Assembly: GCA_043739185.1 (NCBI GenBank)
Contig: JAYUEN010000029.1
Coordinates: forward strand, 1 to 64,000
Direction of reading: 5' to 3'
Source of the DNA: Bdellovibrionales bacterium
GTDB taxonomy: Bacteria; Bdellovibrionota; Bdellovibrionia; Bdellovibrionales; JAMPXM01
Length of the DNA stretch: 64,000 nucleotides
How positions within the stretch are numbered: the first letter of the stretch is position 1; the number at the start of each line of letters is the position of its first letter. The notes under the pieces were generated by a model. It was given only the letters and a program-made list of their open reading frames with translations. It was not told where the DNA came from and ran no database searches. This document shows positions 9,029 to 19,247 of the stretch, piece after piece. The translations under genes were made by a program, and so were the position numbers.

Positions 9029-10128
9029 TTCATCCTTTCACTTTGAGCACTGGCTAAGCGATCGCTCAATTCGAGAAGGTCATCAATTCCGCAAATATCT
9101 TGGCCATAATCAGGAATTCGAAAAATCTTTACGTTGCGCTCAAATCCCGCCGCAAAATCATCGTACAATTTGTAGCGATTGGCATAGTAGCTTCTAAACT
9201 CATTGTAGTATCTTAATACTTTTTGGTAAACCTCTTGATTTTGCAAAGATGGATTGGCTATTACGTTTGAAGCCCAAAGAGGATAGGCACGGTTAATAAT
9301 GACTGCATCGAGTTGGTATTTCATTTTTGAGAATCGCTTCTGGAGCACATTGGCTTCTTCAAGCTTTGCTGAGTCAAAACTTGTTATGAGCACAAAGCTG
9401 GTGGTCTTATTGGCTAGTAACTTTTCGACTTTTTCACTGCGTTCACGCAAAATTTTCTGTACTGACCTGATGGCGACAAAAAAGTCGACGAGCTCCTCAA
9501 TGAATTCAGCTCCAGTTAAAATTTCGAGCGACTTAAATACCGTTTTAGTTCCTTTATAAATCAAATTTGAAATGAATCCGGTGGGTTCTAATTCAGGTGC
9601 TGCAAACCACTTGGTATTTGAATCTTGAAACAAATTGATGATGCGACGAGGAGCTACGAAAAAATCTAGCGCATGCTTTGTCGGAGGCGTATCCAATATA
9701 ATCAAATCAAAATTTTTAGATTCATATTCTTGCAGCAATTTTTCAAGCGCAGTGAATTCTTGAGATCCACTCAAGGTCGTCGAGAGCTGTTGATACAAAC
9801 GGTTCTTAAAGATTCTATCAACAACGCTTTTGTTACCGGAGTATTTTGATATGAAATCATCAAATATTTTTTTTGACTGAACAATCCCGGCATATACTTC
9901 ACCCTTTAAACTGGGCGTTTCAACCTTAGTTATTTGATCACTGCCCGGCTGAAGTCCAAGGCTTGTCATGAGTCTTTGAGCTGGATCGACAGTCAAGACT
10001 AAAACTTTCTTTCCAAAACTCGCCGCTCGCAAGGCCAAACCGGCAGAGATAGTCGTTTTACCGACTCCACCAGAGCCCGCACAAATTATGACTTCACTGT
10101 ATTGAAGACTGCCGTCTAAAGAGCTCGT
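9025..10128 (-). CDS. ArsA/Get3-like ATPase, second of pair; probable non-canonical ACG start at 10128
   Basis: P-loop CAGSGGVGKTT lies upstream of the ORF-track start (10038); VDPA and DTPPT motifs; AAGGAG RBS 5 nt before the in-frame ACG. Confidence 0.8.
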   Translation of the reverse strand, partial: TSSLDGSLQYSEVIICAGSGGVGKTTISAGLALRAASFGKKVLVLTVDPAQRLMTSLGLQPGSDQITKVETPSLKGEVYAGIVQSKKIFDDFISKYSGNKSVVDRIFKNRLYQQLSTTLSGSQEFTALEKLLQEYESKNFDLIILDTPPTKHALDFFVAPRRIINLFQDSNTKWFAAPELEPTGFISNLIYKGTKTVFKSLEILTGAEFIEELVDFFVAIRSVQKILRERSEKVEKLLANKTTSFVLITSFDSAKLEEANVLQKRFSKMKYQLDAVIINRAYPLWASNVIANPSLQNQEVYQKVLRYYNEFRSYYANRYKLYDDFAAGFERNVKIFRIPDYGQDICGIDDLLELSDRLASAQSERMK

Positions 10129-11021
10129 ATGAACTCCTTATCCGCGCAAAGTTGTACAATTTCCTTGGCATCATTTGAAAAAACCAAGGGCAAATCGTAC
10201 ATGGTTTTTTGAAAATTCTTCTGCTTAACCTCAGCTAAGAATTTATTTTGACGTTCTATGCTGGTTTTCAAAAATACTGAAAACTCATTGAGATCGGAGC
10301 AAGAGGGGTCCTGAATCAAATGCGTTAGTGCTTCGAGATTCACCGGGGAATAGAGCGTTTTATTGCTAAAAATATCTGGCTGAATTTTAAGTTCGGCTTG
10401 CATGGCCGCAGCTAGCTCAAGCGATTCAATCACCGGCATTTCTTCAAGCAAAGTAACAATATGGTAAGAGCAAAAGTTTGGGTTTTTTAAAACCTCATAA
10501 ATTTCACTCGCGTTGCGACCCATTGGACCAAAGGGAATCGCATCACGAAGTCCTCGGGCTGCTCGAAAAAGCGCCAAAGCATGTCCGGTAGAGTAACAAT
10601 CTACAATAATTCGCTTATAGTGTAGCGGGGGGCCAATACTTCTGATTCCGCTGGTAATTTTACCAAGAATTGCAATTTCATTTAGTCCTGGGGCAACGTT
10701 TACCAATGCTCGCATGACATTGTTTTCAAAAAATAGGTTCAAGAGCTTTTCAAGCTTGAGGTAATGAACGATATATTCGCGCAAACAGGTCTCGCCGCTC
10801 CACAAAGCCACCTCGAAACCTAGTCCAGTTTCAACTGGCTTATGCCCTACTCTCTTAAGGCCAAAAAAGTCGCGAAAATAGCTGCTTTCGCCAATCTCAA
10901 GCAAAAGTACATTTTCGCCCATTCTTGCCTTGGCTAAGGCCATGCTGGCAGCAAAGACAGACTTTCCGACGCCCCCCTTGCCAGTAACGAAATTTATCTT
11001 TTGTCCAATACTCATTTGCAT
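10116..11021 (-). CDS. ArsA/Get3-like ATPase, first of pair
   Basis: TGKGGVGKS, APGLNEI, DCYSTGH and EEMPVIES motifs. Confidence 0.85.
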   Translation of the reverse strand: MQMSIGQKINFVTGKGGVGKSVFAASMALAKARMGENVLLLEIGESSYFRDFFGLKRVGHKPVETGLGFEVALWSGETCLREYIVHYLKLEKLLNLFFENNVMRALVNVAPGLNEIAILGKITSGIRSIGPPLHYKRIIVDCYSTGHALALFRAARGLRDAIPFGPMGRNASEIYEVLKNPNFCSYHIVTLLEEMPVIESLELAAAMQAELKIQPDIFSNKTLYSPVNLEALTHLIQDPSCSDLNEFSVFLKTSIERQNKFLAEVKQKNFQKTMYDLPLVFSNDAKEIVQLCADKEFIRAL

Positions 11022-11143
11022 CCTGGCTTTTAGTTACGAAAGCCCCTTGCCTTTGTTTTGGCCATCTCCTATTATCTCCCTTCGAAAATATCACATTTAC
11101 AATATGAGATAACTGTTAATTATCGATAAATATCGGAGAAGAG

Positions 11144-12457
11144 ATGAAAACTAGCCTCGAAAAGATTTCGACCTTAGAACGTAAACTCAATATTGAAGTT
11201 CCTCTTTCAGAAGTTCAAGCGGCATTTGAAAACGCCTTTAAACAGGTTCAAAAACAAGCCAATATTAAGGGCTTTCGCAAAGGTAAGGCTCCAATCGGGA
11301 CCATTAAATCTATCTACGGTGGACGCATTAAACAGGATGTCATTCAGGACCTCATTCAAAAGCATTATCCAAAAGCCGTTGATGAGCATTCCTTAGATCC
11401 AATTGGGTATCCCGCTATTGAGTTCGATGAGTTTGAAGACAATAAGAACTTTAAATTTACCGCCGAATTTGAAGTTAGACCCGAAGTAAAGGTTGTTCAC
11501 TTCAATGGTCTAGAAGTGAAAAAAGAGAAGCTTGGCACCAGCGATAAATTTGTTGAGGACACGCTCAATTCATGGAGAAATATGTTCGCCCAAACGGTCC
11601 CTGTTCTCGAGGACCGTCCTGCGCAAAAAGGCGATGTTGTGGTAATTGATTTTTCATCCGATTTTGAACTCACTGGTAACGGAGAAAAACAGATTTTAGG
11701 ACACGAACTTGAACTCGGCTCCGGACAAATGATTCCTGGCTTTGAAGAAGGTATCGAAGGGATGAAAGTCGGTGCCACCAAAGATGTGACTGCAAAATTC
11801 CCAGACGCTTATCAAGTTCCCGAATTGCAGGGAAAAGACAAGGTCTTCACAATTAAAATAAATGCACTTAAGAAAAAAGACCTTCCGAATTTAGACGACG
11901 AATTTGCGAAAAAAATGGGTCAAGGTCAAACTTTAGCCGAATTGAAAACTCGCGTTTCAGACGACTATAAAAAGCGTGAAGAGTACCGAATTCGCGAGGA
12001 CCTGAAAGGTCGCCTCTTGCGTGTTTTGGCAGAGAAAAATCCTGTGACTGTTCCGAAATCACTTCTGACTGAACAAAAAAATATGTTGATCAAAAACTTT
12101 GAGCAACGTTTGGCCCAACAAGGTATGTCGAATAAAGAGTACGAAGCTTACAAAGAAAAGTGGGATCAAGATTTCTCAAACACTGCTAGCTTTATGATTC
12201 AATCAAGCTTTCTCATTGATGAATTGGCTAAACAAAACAATTTATTTGTTACCAAAGAAGAACTTGATCAAGCCATACATGCCAATGCTGGCCAAATGCA
12301 AGGTAAAAAATTGGATGCCGAAACCGACACCAATATGCGAAGACAAATGGCTTATAAATTGACTGAAGACAAAGTGGTCGAATTCTTATTGAGCACAGCA
12401 AAACTTAAAGAAGTTGATGCGAGTGAGTTTGTAAGTGAGAACAAAGAGATGATGTAG
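11144..12457 (+). CDS. tig: Trigger factor
   Basis: GFRKGKAP ribosome-binding motif; FKBP domain MIPGFEEG. Confidence 0.95.
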   Translation: MKTSLEKISTLERKLNIEVPLSEVQAAFENAFKQVQKQANIKGFRKGKAPIGTIKSIYGGRIKQDVIQDLIQKHYPKAVDEHSLDPIGYPAIEFDEFEDNKNFKFTAEFEVRPEVKVVHFNGLEVKKEKLGTSDKFVEDTLNSWRNMFAQTVPVLEDRPAQKGDVVVIDFSSDFELTGNGEKQILGHELELGSGQMIPGFEEGIEGMKVGATKDVTAKFPDAYQVPELQGKDKVFTIKINALKKKDLPNLDDEFAKKMGQGQTLAELKTRVSDDYKKREEYRIREDLKGRLLRVLAEKNPVTVPKSLLTEQKNMLIKNFEQRLAQQGMSNKEYEAYKEKWDQDFSNTASFMIQSSFLIDELAKQNNLFVTKEELDQAIHANAGQMQGKKLDAETDTNMRRQMAYKLTEDKVVEFLLSTAKLKEVDASEFVSENKEMM

Positions 12458-12463
12458 GCTGTT

Positions 12464-12502
12464 GAATTCGGGGCCGTGTAAAGGAGCTCAACTCCGCGGC
12501 CC
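12464..12502. terminator. GC hairpin between convergent genes
   Basis: GGGCCGTG...CGCGGCCC stem; begins GAATTCGGGGCC, similar to the sequence leading into repeat copy A. Confidence 0.45.
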
Positions 12503-12515
12503 TCTCGCCTCAATG

Positions 12516-12935
12516 CTATTTTTTCTTTTGAGCTTTCAATTCAATTTTTAAATCTGCTTTTCCGGGTTTTACTTTTGAGTTTTTAGGATCCGTGCCCATT
12601 GGGCCGCTTTTATCCAAAGCGTCTCCGCTCGCTGTATATCTTGCCAAAATCGACATTTCACCTTCAAATTTCCCGCCCATCATCGAATTGCCAGGTCCAA
12701 TCGAAAAGCTCTGCGGAAATTTGGGTTGCGCAATTCGCAAGACCGCAAGCGGAGGCACTCCTGGCTTTGCCTCACCTGGTGCTCGAGCAACAATAAATAA
12801 GACTCCGGTTGGGCTCAAGCTCTTTTCGAGTTCTTTTGATAATGTCACCACCCCAGAAATGCTGTCAGCTTCAGCAAAAGCGAATGAGCCTAGCATTAAA
12901 AAAAATAAAACCAAAAATGAACTTTTCATCACCAA
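12516..12935 (-). CDS. Secreted protein resembling the CcmI/CycH C-terminal domain
   Basis: Signal peptide; VLFIVARA...PPLAVLR...FPQSFSIG..NSMM...ARYTASGDA. Confidence 0.65.
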   Translation of the reverse strand: MVMKSSFLVLFFLMLGSFAFAEADSISGVVTLSKELEKSLSPTGVLFIVARAPGEAKPGVPPLAVLRIAQPKFPQSFSIGPGNSMMGGKFEGEMSILARYTASGDALDKSGPMGTDPKNSKVKPGKADLKIELKAQKKK

Positions 12936-12939
12936 CTCC

Positions 12940-13923
12940 TTATTTTGCAGGAACTACCACTTGATCAATGGCTCCAAATAAATCTCGACCATTTACATCT
13001 TTCATTTCGATTCGGACCCGATCTCCAACTTTCATGAAGGGAGTTTTCGCTTCTCCATCTTGAATTTGCTCAAGCACTCGCTTTTCAACTAAACATGAAC
13101 TCCCGCGTTCACGCTCTTCATTTGATACTGTGCCACTGCCGATAATTGTACCGGCCTGTAAATTTCGCGTGCGCGCCGCATGCGCAATTAAATCGCCAAA
13201 ATGAAAATGCATGGCCCCTGCATTGGCGGTACCAAATGATTCTCCGTTAAATTTTACGAGTAATGGTAAATGCACTCTCCCGCTTTTATAGGCCTCTCCC
13301 AATTCATCAGGAGTCACGGCAAATGGTGCAAAGGCAGAGGAAGGTTTACTTTGAAAAAAACCAAATCCTGCGGCCAACTCCTCAGGAATCAAACCGCGCA
13401 ATGAAACATCGTTTACGATTACAAAAAGTAAAATATGATTCAATGCCTGCTCGGGTGATACTCCAAGTGGAACATCATTGGTTATAACTGCTACCTCAGC
13501 TTCGAAATCTGTACCATGAGCAAAATCGACTTGAGGAATCGGAGCGCGCGGTGCTAAAAAATCATCGCTTCCACCTTGATACATCAGTGGCACTGTATTT
13601 AAAGTCTCTGGCAAAGGCGCTTTTCTTGCCATTCGCACTAGTTTAATATGATGAATAAAAGCAGACCCATCGGCCCATTGAAAACTTCTCGGAAGTGGTG
13701 AGTGAAAGTGATTCTCGTCAACCGCAAAGGTACCTGTTACTTCACCGTTATTAAGGGCATCGTAAAGTCTCTGCAATTTGACATTCGTATCGCGCCAATT
13801 TTCGACAGCAGTTCGCAGATTTCCCGCAATATGAGTTGCTAAAATTCCTCTTCGGCCATCCCGACTCACGACGACCAAATCACCGTCTCGGCTCACCTTG
13901 CTTTTTAAAGTTCCAAGTCTCAT
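12940..13923 (-). CDS. Fumarylacetoacetate hydrolase family protein
   Basis: DFEAEVAV, NDVSLR, QSKP and GTIIGSGTVS motifs; divergent from maiA. Confidence 0.9.
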   Translation of the reverse strand: MRLGTLKSKVSRDGDLVVVSRDGRRGILATHIAGNLRTAVENWRDTNVKLQRLYDALNNGEVTGTFAVDENHFHSPLPRSFQWADGSAFIHHIKLVRMARKAPLPETLNTVPLMYQGGSDDFLAPRAPIPQVDFAHGTDFEAEVAVITNDVPLGVSPEQALNHILLFVIVNDVSLRGLIPEELAAGFGFFQSKPSSAFAPFAVTPDELGEAYKSGRVHLPLLVKFNGESFGTANAGAMHFHFGDLIAHAARTRNLQAGTIIGSGTVSNEERERGSSCLVEKRVLEQIQDGEAKTPFMKVGDRVRIEMKDVNGRDLFGAIDQVVVPAK

Positions 13924-14013
13924 TTTGCTTTTAAGCCCCTCATTTTAAACTTTTGCTTTCGACTCGTTGCTTGTAACGAATTCTTCACTTAATGTCTATA
14001 AGAGGAGAAAAAA

Positions 14014-14670
14014 ATGCCTAAATTTGAGCTTTATAGCTACTACCGTAGTTCAGCCTCATTTCGCGTTCGAATTGCCCTTAATTTAAAGAAGGCAAACTAC
14101 AATCTCCGCCCGGTCAATTTGATCAAAAATGGTGGCGAACAAAAGAGTGAGGCTTATCGCAAATTGAATCCAAGCAGCCAGGTGCCAACTCTCATTCACG
14201 GAAATCACATTATTGGCCAATCAGTTGCAATTATAGATTACCTTGATTCTGTTATTAGTGAACCCAGCTTATTTTCAAAGGATAATTATATTCGAGCTCT
14301 TCAACTTCAAGCTTGTGAGATTATCAATAGCGGTGTTCAGCCACTTCACAATATGGGTACCTTAAACGAACTTGGAGCGCAGGCTGGCTTTGATCAAACA
14401 AAAAAAGATGAATGGGCCACACATTGGATTACCAATGGAATGAGAACTTTCGACAGCTTCATTGCTCCCTATTGTAAAAAATATTGTTTTGGCGATGAGC
14501 CAAGTGCGGTCGACTGTTTTATGATTCCTGGTCATTATAATGTTCTAAGATACCAAATTGAAGAGTCTAAATTTCCTAATTGTATGCGAATTGCAAAAAA
14601 TTGTTTGGATTTAGAAGCTTTTCAAAAAGCCCATCCAAATGCTCAGCCGGATTTTCCTGCGCCGAAGTAA
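14014..14670 (+). CDS. maiA: Maleylacetoacetate isomerase (GST zeta)
   Basis: LYSYYRSSASFRVRIALNLK, QPLHN and AHPNAQPD motifs. Confidence 0.92.
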   Translation: MPKFELYSYYRSSASFRVRIALNLKKANYNLRPVNLIKNGGEQKSEAYRKLNPSSQVPTLIHGNHIIGQSVAIIDYLDSVISEPSLFSKDNYIRALQLQACEIINSGVQPLHNMGTLNELGAQAGFDQTKKDEWATHWITNGMRTFDSFIAPYCKKYCFGDEPSAVDCFMIPGHYNVLRYQIEESKFPNCMRIAKNCLDLEAFQKAHPNAQPDFPAPK

Positions 14671-14693
14671 GGCCGAACCGAAGCCGTTTAGAC

Positions 14694-14780
14694 GGCAGCC
14701 GCAGCTGTTGGCTGTTTTTCTGTATCAGTCGCAGTTTTTAGTTTCGGTGACCGAAGCCAGATACCGGTTTGCCAGGCCCC
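14694..14780 (-). repeat. Gene-free copy C of the GC-rich intergenic element
   Basis: Minus strand reads GGGGCCTGGCAAAC...ACTGATACAGAAAAACAGCCAACAGCTGCGGCTGCC, matching both ends of copy B. Confidence 0.7.
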
Positions 14781-14781
14781 G

Positions 14782-15750
14782 TTACTCCGCTCTTCGTTTA
14801 ACTAAAAACACAAATCGTATCGCCATTGCAAACAGTACGACGCCGGTCAAATGATGTAAAACCGCGCCCCATGCGGGTAAATACAATTTCAAATTAAGTA
14901 CGCCCCAAAATATCTGAAGCGTTACGAGCATAAATAGCAATTTCGAATTGAAAAAAATCTTAGGATTTAAATGTTTGGTTTTCTGATCAAAAGAGGCCCA
15001 CAAACGAATTGCAAAAACACTCAAGGCCAAAAAGTAAGCGAACATGCGATGAATGACTTGAAGACCGAGCGTACCGGTTAAACTCGGGAACCAAAGGCCA
15101 TTGCATTTAGGAAAATCTAGACAAACCAAACCCGAATAAGTACTTGCAACAAATCCACCCAAGAGAAGCTGAATAAAAACTAGAATTGGCAAAATGCAAA
15201 TGAAGTAATAAATAACATCCTTCTTTATACTGGGCTCAACGAGAGTTGGTAAACTCTCTTCTTGTAGCCGCAAGGTGGTCCATAAAATACTCGCCATAAA
15301 CAGAGCCGCCAGCGCCAAATGTGAAGTGACAATTACGCTTTTTAAAAGGAGTAAAACTGTAAGTCCGCCCATCACGATTTGGCTGAACAAAAAAAACAAG
15401 GCTATTAGACTCATTCTCTTAGTCCATTTTGAAATGCTTGAACTCCGCAAAATAGTGATCAGACAAATTAAAAATAAAATTGTTTCAAAGCCTGCGTAGG
15501 CACGATGAATAAACTCTAAATAAACGCCAAAATGATATTCGGGTATCATTTTACCATAACAAAGCGGCCAATCCGGACAGGTCAATCCCGCATTCATGGT
15601 TCGAACAAAGGCACCAAAGGCCATCAATGCAATAATTGAAACAACCAAAATTTGCATACCCAAAACCAGACGTTTGGGAAATTCATTCAGTTGTAAAGAG
15701 TTCGATGGCGATTTATCCGGAGCTTCTCTTTTCAAAAAACCCTCTGCCAT
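14782..15750 (-). CDS. ctaA: Heme A synthase (COX15/CtaA)
   Basis: AGLTCPDWPLC and EFIHR motifs, conserved His residues. Confidence 0.92.
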   Translation of the reverse strand: MAEGFLKREAPDKSPSNSLQLNEFPKRLVLGMQILVVSIIALMAFGAFVRTMNAGLTCPDWPLCYGKMIPEYHFGVYLEFIHRAYAGFETILFLICLITILRSSSISKWTKRMSLIALFFLFSQIVMGGLTVLLLLKSVIVTSHLALAALFMASILWTTLRLQEESLPTLVEPSIKKDVIYYFICILPILVFIQLLLGGFVASTYSGLVCLDFPKCNGLWFPSLTGTLGLQVIHRMFAYFLALSVFAIRLWASFDQKTKHLNPKIFFNSKLLFMLVTLQIFWGVLNLKLYLPAWGAVLHHLTGVVLFAMAIRFVFLVKRRAE

Positions 15751-16592
15751 TTATCAATGACCGGAGCGATTAAAAAAGCCAACATACTGAAGTTGGTCCA
15801 AAGAAAAAATGCAAGCCATCCGCTCTTAGCTTGAGATCGGTAATACTTAGAAAATCCTACTGAGACCATTAATACAAATGGCAGAACCAAATATAGATAA
15901 GCATAGTGAGTTGAAGTAAACCACGGAGACGCTAGTGCCAAACCTAGATAGGCAAATACATATAGTCCGATATGAAATAAAGTACCGTGCGTTCCGATTG
16001 AAAGTGGCAATACCGGGATTCCGCCCTTCTGATAGTCCTCTTGATACTTAATGGCGAGCGACCAAAAGTGCGGCATTTGCCATAAAAACATGATCAAAAA
16101 TGCGTACAAACATTCTGAAGTGAAAATGACCCCACTGCTAGCAGCATATCCTATGACCACGGGCAAAGCTCCAGGGAGTGCTCCGGGTACAGCTCCAAAA
16201 CTAAGTCTTCGCTTCCAGTACAATGTATAAACACCATTATACAAAAAGAAAGTAAGCAAACACACAGCCGTTACCAACCAACTAATGTAAATCGAGGCGG
16301 CAAGACCTACGGAAATTAACAAAAAACCGATCAGGTAGGCTGATCGTCTTGATAATTCTCCTGTTGGAATCGGACGATTCTCAGTGCGAGGCATGACTTC
16401 ATCGATCTTGGCTTCTTGAGCCTGATTGATCGCAAAACTTCCAGCAGAAAAGAAATAAAGAGCCACTATTGTCGCAAGCAATCGCCAATAGTGAACGGGT
16501 CCACCTTGAAAGCCCAAAGCATAGCCAAGCACTCCGCTAATAAGAACGAAGACCACTATCCCGGATTTGGTAAGAGTCATAAAGCTTTTCAT
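15732..16592 (-). CDS. ctaB: Protoheme IX farnesyltransferase
   Basis: IDEVMPRTENRPIPTG and FLWQMPHFWSLA motifs. Confidence 0.93.
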   Translation of the reverse strand: MKSFMTLTKSGIVVFVLISGVLGYALGFQGGPVHYWRLLATIVALYFFSAGSFAINQAQEAKIDEVMPRTENRPIPTGELSRRSAYLIGFLLISVGLAASIYISWLVTAVCLLTFFLYNGVYTLYWKRRLSFGAVPGALPGALPVVIGYAASSGVIFTSECLYAFLIMFLWQMPHFWSLAIKYQEDYQKGGIPVLPLSIGTHGTLFHIGLYVFAYLGLALASPWFTSTHYAYLYLVLPFVLMVSVGFSKYYRSQAKSGWLAFFLWTNFSMLAFLIAPVIDKWQRVF

Positions 16593-16617
16593 TTGGCCTA
16601 CATATTATTTAAAAGTC

Positions 16618-16932
16618 TTAGAGTACGTTGTGCTGAATGATTCTGGTTAAATCATCAATTCGGCAAAAGAAGTACATCACGATCAAGAAAAATACCGCGC
16701 ACAAGATGGCCGCGCGATTTAATTTATTATCATATTTTAAATGCATAAAGTACGCGAGTACCAAAAAGGCCTTCACTGTGGCAATTCCAAAAGCAATAAT
16801 TGTATTCCATTCACCGAAATCAAATCGTGAAGCCGCAACCGTAATCACTGTTAAAATAAGCAGAGTTACAAATACTTTGATATAGGTCGAAAACTCAATG
16901 ACGTGGTGGGCATCTGAATGCTGTTGTGACAT
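16618..16932 (-). CDS. Cytochrome c oxidase subunit IV family
   Basis: Three TM helices, KAFLVLAYFMHLKY motif. Confidence 0.88.
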   Translation of the reverse strand: MSQQHSDAHHVIEFSTYIKVFVTLLILTVITVAASRFDFGEWNTIIAFGIATVKAFLVLAYFMHLKYDNKLNRAAILCAVFFLIVMYFFCRIDDLTRIIQHNVL

Positions 16933-16944
16933 ATGCGTGTCTCC

Positions 16945-17598
16945 TTAAGATACCAAGTAGAGTAAAGGGAATAAATAGATCCAGACCAAATCTACCAAGT
17001 GCCAGAACAAACCAACACCTTCGACCGGAGTATAAAAATTAGGACCGAATTCGTCGTTCAATGTTCTCTTAAGAACCCAGCCAATCAAGCACATGCCGGC
17101 GACCACGTGAATTCCGTGCAAGCCTGTCATCATAAAATAAAAAGAGAAATAAAGCGGAAGATTTTTTACTTCGCCGAGTTCACCGTGAAACCACGAGCCA
17201 GGCAAAAGACCTTCGTGAATTTTGTGAGAATACTCAATATATTTGACGCCCAAAAATACAAAACCAAATAGGATTGTTAATACCAACATCAAAACCGCTT
17301 TAGATTTTTCACGCTTCTGAACGTAATAAATACCGAGAGCCATCGTCAGGGAACTCGTAATCAGTACCACTGTATTGAGCGCCCCTAGTCGCCAATCCAA
17401 AAATTGCGATCCGGCCTTAAATAGCTCAGGATACTTCGCATGAAAATAGGCATAGGCTACAAATAGTCCACCAAACATCAGAACTTCGGTGCAAAGAAAT
17501 GCCCAAATTCCCTGTTTACTGCTTTCGTATTCATGCTCAGCACTATCGTAGTGGTGAGCATAATGATGTTCGTGAGACGTTGGTTTAACGGTATTCAT
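16945..17598 (-). CDS. ctaE: Cytochrome c oxidase subunit III
   Basis: [18 protein letters not shown] and WHLVDLVW motifs. Confidence 0.93.
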   Translation of the reverse strand: MNTVKPTSHEHHYAHHYDSAEHEYESSKQGIWAFLCTEVLMFGGLFVAYAYFHAKYPELFKAGSQFLDWRLGALNTVVLITSSLTMALGIYYVQKREKSKAVLMLVLTILFGFVFLGVKYIEYSHKIHEGLLPGSWFHGELGEVKNLPLYFSFYFMMTGLHGIHVVAGMCLIGWVLKRTLNDEFGPNFYTPVEGVGLFWHLVDLVWIYLFPLLYLVS

Positions 17599-19183
17599 AT
17601 GGACCTGCTGTTACGACTGGGGTTTTTAAAAAGTTTTCATGAGGTGGCGGAGATGCTGTTGTCCACTCAAGAGTTTTTGCACCCCACGGATTTGCAGAGG
17701 CTTTCTTACCCTTGAGTAAGGCGTGAATGATAGTGATCGCGCCGATCAAAAATCCAATTCCTATCAGATAGGCTCCGATCGAAGAGATTTGATTGAACGA
17801 GGTATAAGCCACATGGTAGCTCGCATATCGACGTGGCATGCCCTTGGCTCCCAAAATAAATTGAGGGAAAAAGGTCACGTTAAAGCCGATAAAGATAAAT
17901 ACAAAAGAAGCTTTCGCGCCAACTTCATTGCACATCTTGCCGAACATTTTTGGAAACCAATAATAAATACCACCCATGATGGCCATCAGAGTCCCGCCCA
18001 CCATGACATAGTGAAAGTGTGCCACCACAAAGTAAGTATCAGTCAAATGCACATCTAATGCGATTGTGGCTAAGAAGATTCCGGTTACTCCACCGATGGT
18101 GAACAAAAACATAAAGCCAATTGCAAAAAGCATAGGGGAAGCCAAATTAATATTGGCTTTGTGCATAGTCGCTACCCAATTGAAGGTTTTGATCGCTGTT
18201 GGAACGCCTACTAGCATGGTAATAAATGAAAAGATCAGTCCCACTACTTCTGATTGACCGCTCACGAAAAGATGATGACCCCAAACAAAAAAGCTGACCG
18301 CTGCAATCGCTAAACTTGAATAGGCAATCGCGGTATAACCAAAGATAGTTTTACGAGAAAAAGCCGTGATCAATTCACTGATAATTCCGAACGCTGGCAA
18401 AATCATAATGTAAACTGCCGGATGTGAATAAAACCAAAAGAAGTGTTGATACAATACCGGATCACCTCCCAAATTAGGGTCAAAGAATCCGATGCCGAAA
18501 ATATTCTCCATGGCTAATAGCAAAACTGTGATGGCTAAGATTGGAGTAGCCAATACTTGAATAATGGCCGTTGAGTAAAGTGCCCACACAAATAGTGGAA
18601 TACGATTCATGGTCATTCCGGGACATCGCAATTTATGAACGGTAACGATAAAATTTAAACCCGTAAGAATAGATGAAAACCCGGCGACGAAAACGCCAAA
18701 GCCCATAAGCATAACTGCAGGCTTTGTTTGAATTGAATACGGAGTATAAAAAGTCCAACCGGTATCGGCGCCACCAAAAAAGAGCGAAGACAAAGCAATC
18801 GCAGCTCCAACCAACAAACAATACCAACTCAAAAGATTGAGGCGTGGGAAGGCCACGTCTTTAGCGCCAATATGCATAGGCATAATAAAATTACCCAAAA
18901 AGGCGGGAATTCCCGGAATGATCACCATGAAAACCATGATAGCTCCATGATAAGTCATAACTCGATTATAGGTTTCAGCGGGAAACAAGGCCATGGTGCC
19001 AGTGAGCAGTTCCGTGCGAATCAGTAATGCGAAGATTCCGCCTACTAAGAAAAATGCCATAACCGTTATGAAATACAAAATCCCAATGCGCTTATGATCT
19101 AAAGTAGAAAGCCACGACCATAAACCCTTTTCGTGGTTGAGGTAGTTTGAATTCTCGTCGTGCGCGGCATGAGCCATTTTCAT
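17585..19183 (-). CDS. ctaD: Cytochrome c oxidase subunit I, type A2
   Basis: [15 protein letters not shown] (YS motif of A2 type), VWGHH and AHFHY. Confidence 0.97.
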   Translation of the reverse strand: MKMAHAAHDENSNYLNHEKGLWSWLSTLDHKRIGILYFITVMAFFLVGGIFALLIRTELLTGTMALFPAETYNRVMTYHGAIMVFMVIIPGIPAFLGNFIMPMHIGAKDVAFPRLNLLSWYCLLVGAAIALSSLFFGGADTGWTFYTPYSIQTKPAVMLMGFGVFVAGFSSILTGLNFIVTVHKLRCPGMTMNRIPLFVWALYSTAIIQVLATPILAITVLLLAMENIFGIGFFDPNLGGDPVLYQHFFWFYSHPAVYIMILPAFGIISELITAFSRKTIFGYTAIAYSSLAIAAVSFFVWGHHLFVSGQSEVVGLIFSFITMLVGVPTAIKTFNWVATMHKANINLASPMLFAIGFMFLFTIGGVTGIFLATIALDVHLTDTYFVVAHFHYVMVGGTLMAIMGGIYYWFPKMFGKMCNEVGAKASFVFIFIGFNVTFFPQFILGAKGMPRRYASYHVAYTSFNQISSIGAYLIGIGFLIGAITIIHALLKGKKASANPWGAKTLEWTTASPPPHENFLKTPVVTAGPYEYR

Positions 19184-19247
19184 TCCCCTTTTTTTAATCT
19201 AAAATCGAAAACCCAAATTCAATAAATCAGCAAACAATTCACCAGAC

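Noticed and set aside
10109..10120. 12-bp match (TTTAGACGGCAG) to the edge of repeat copy C
   Set aside because: Lies in overlapping coding sequence with no other repeat blocks; probably coincidence
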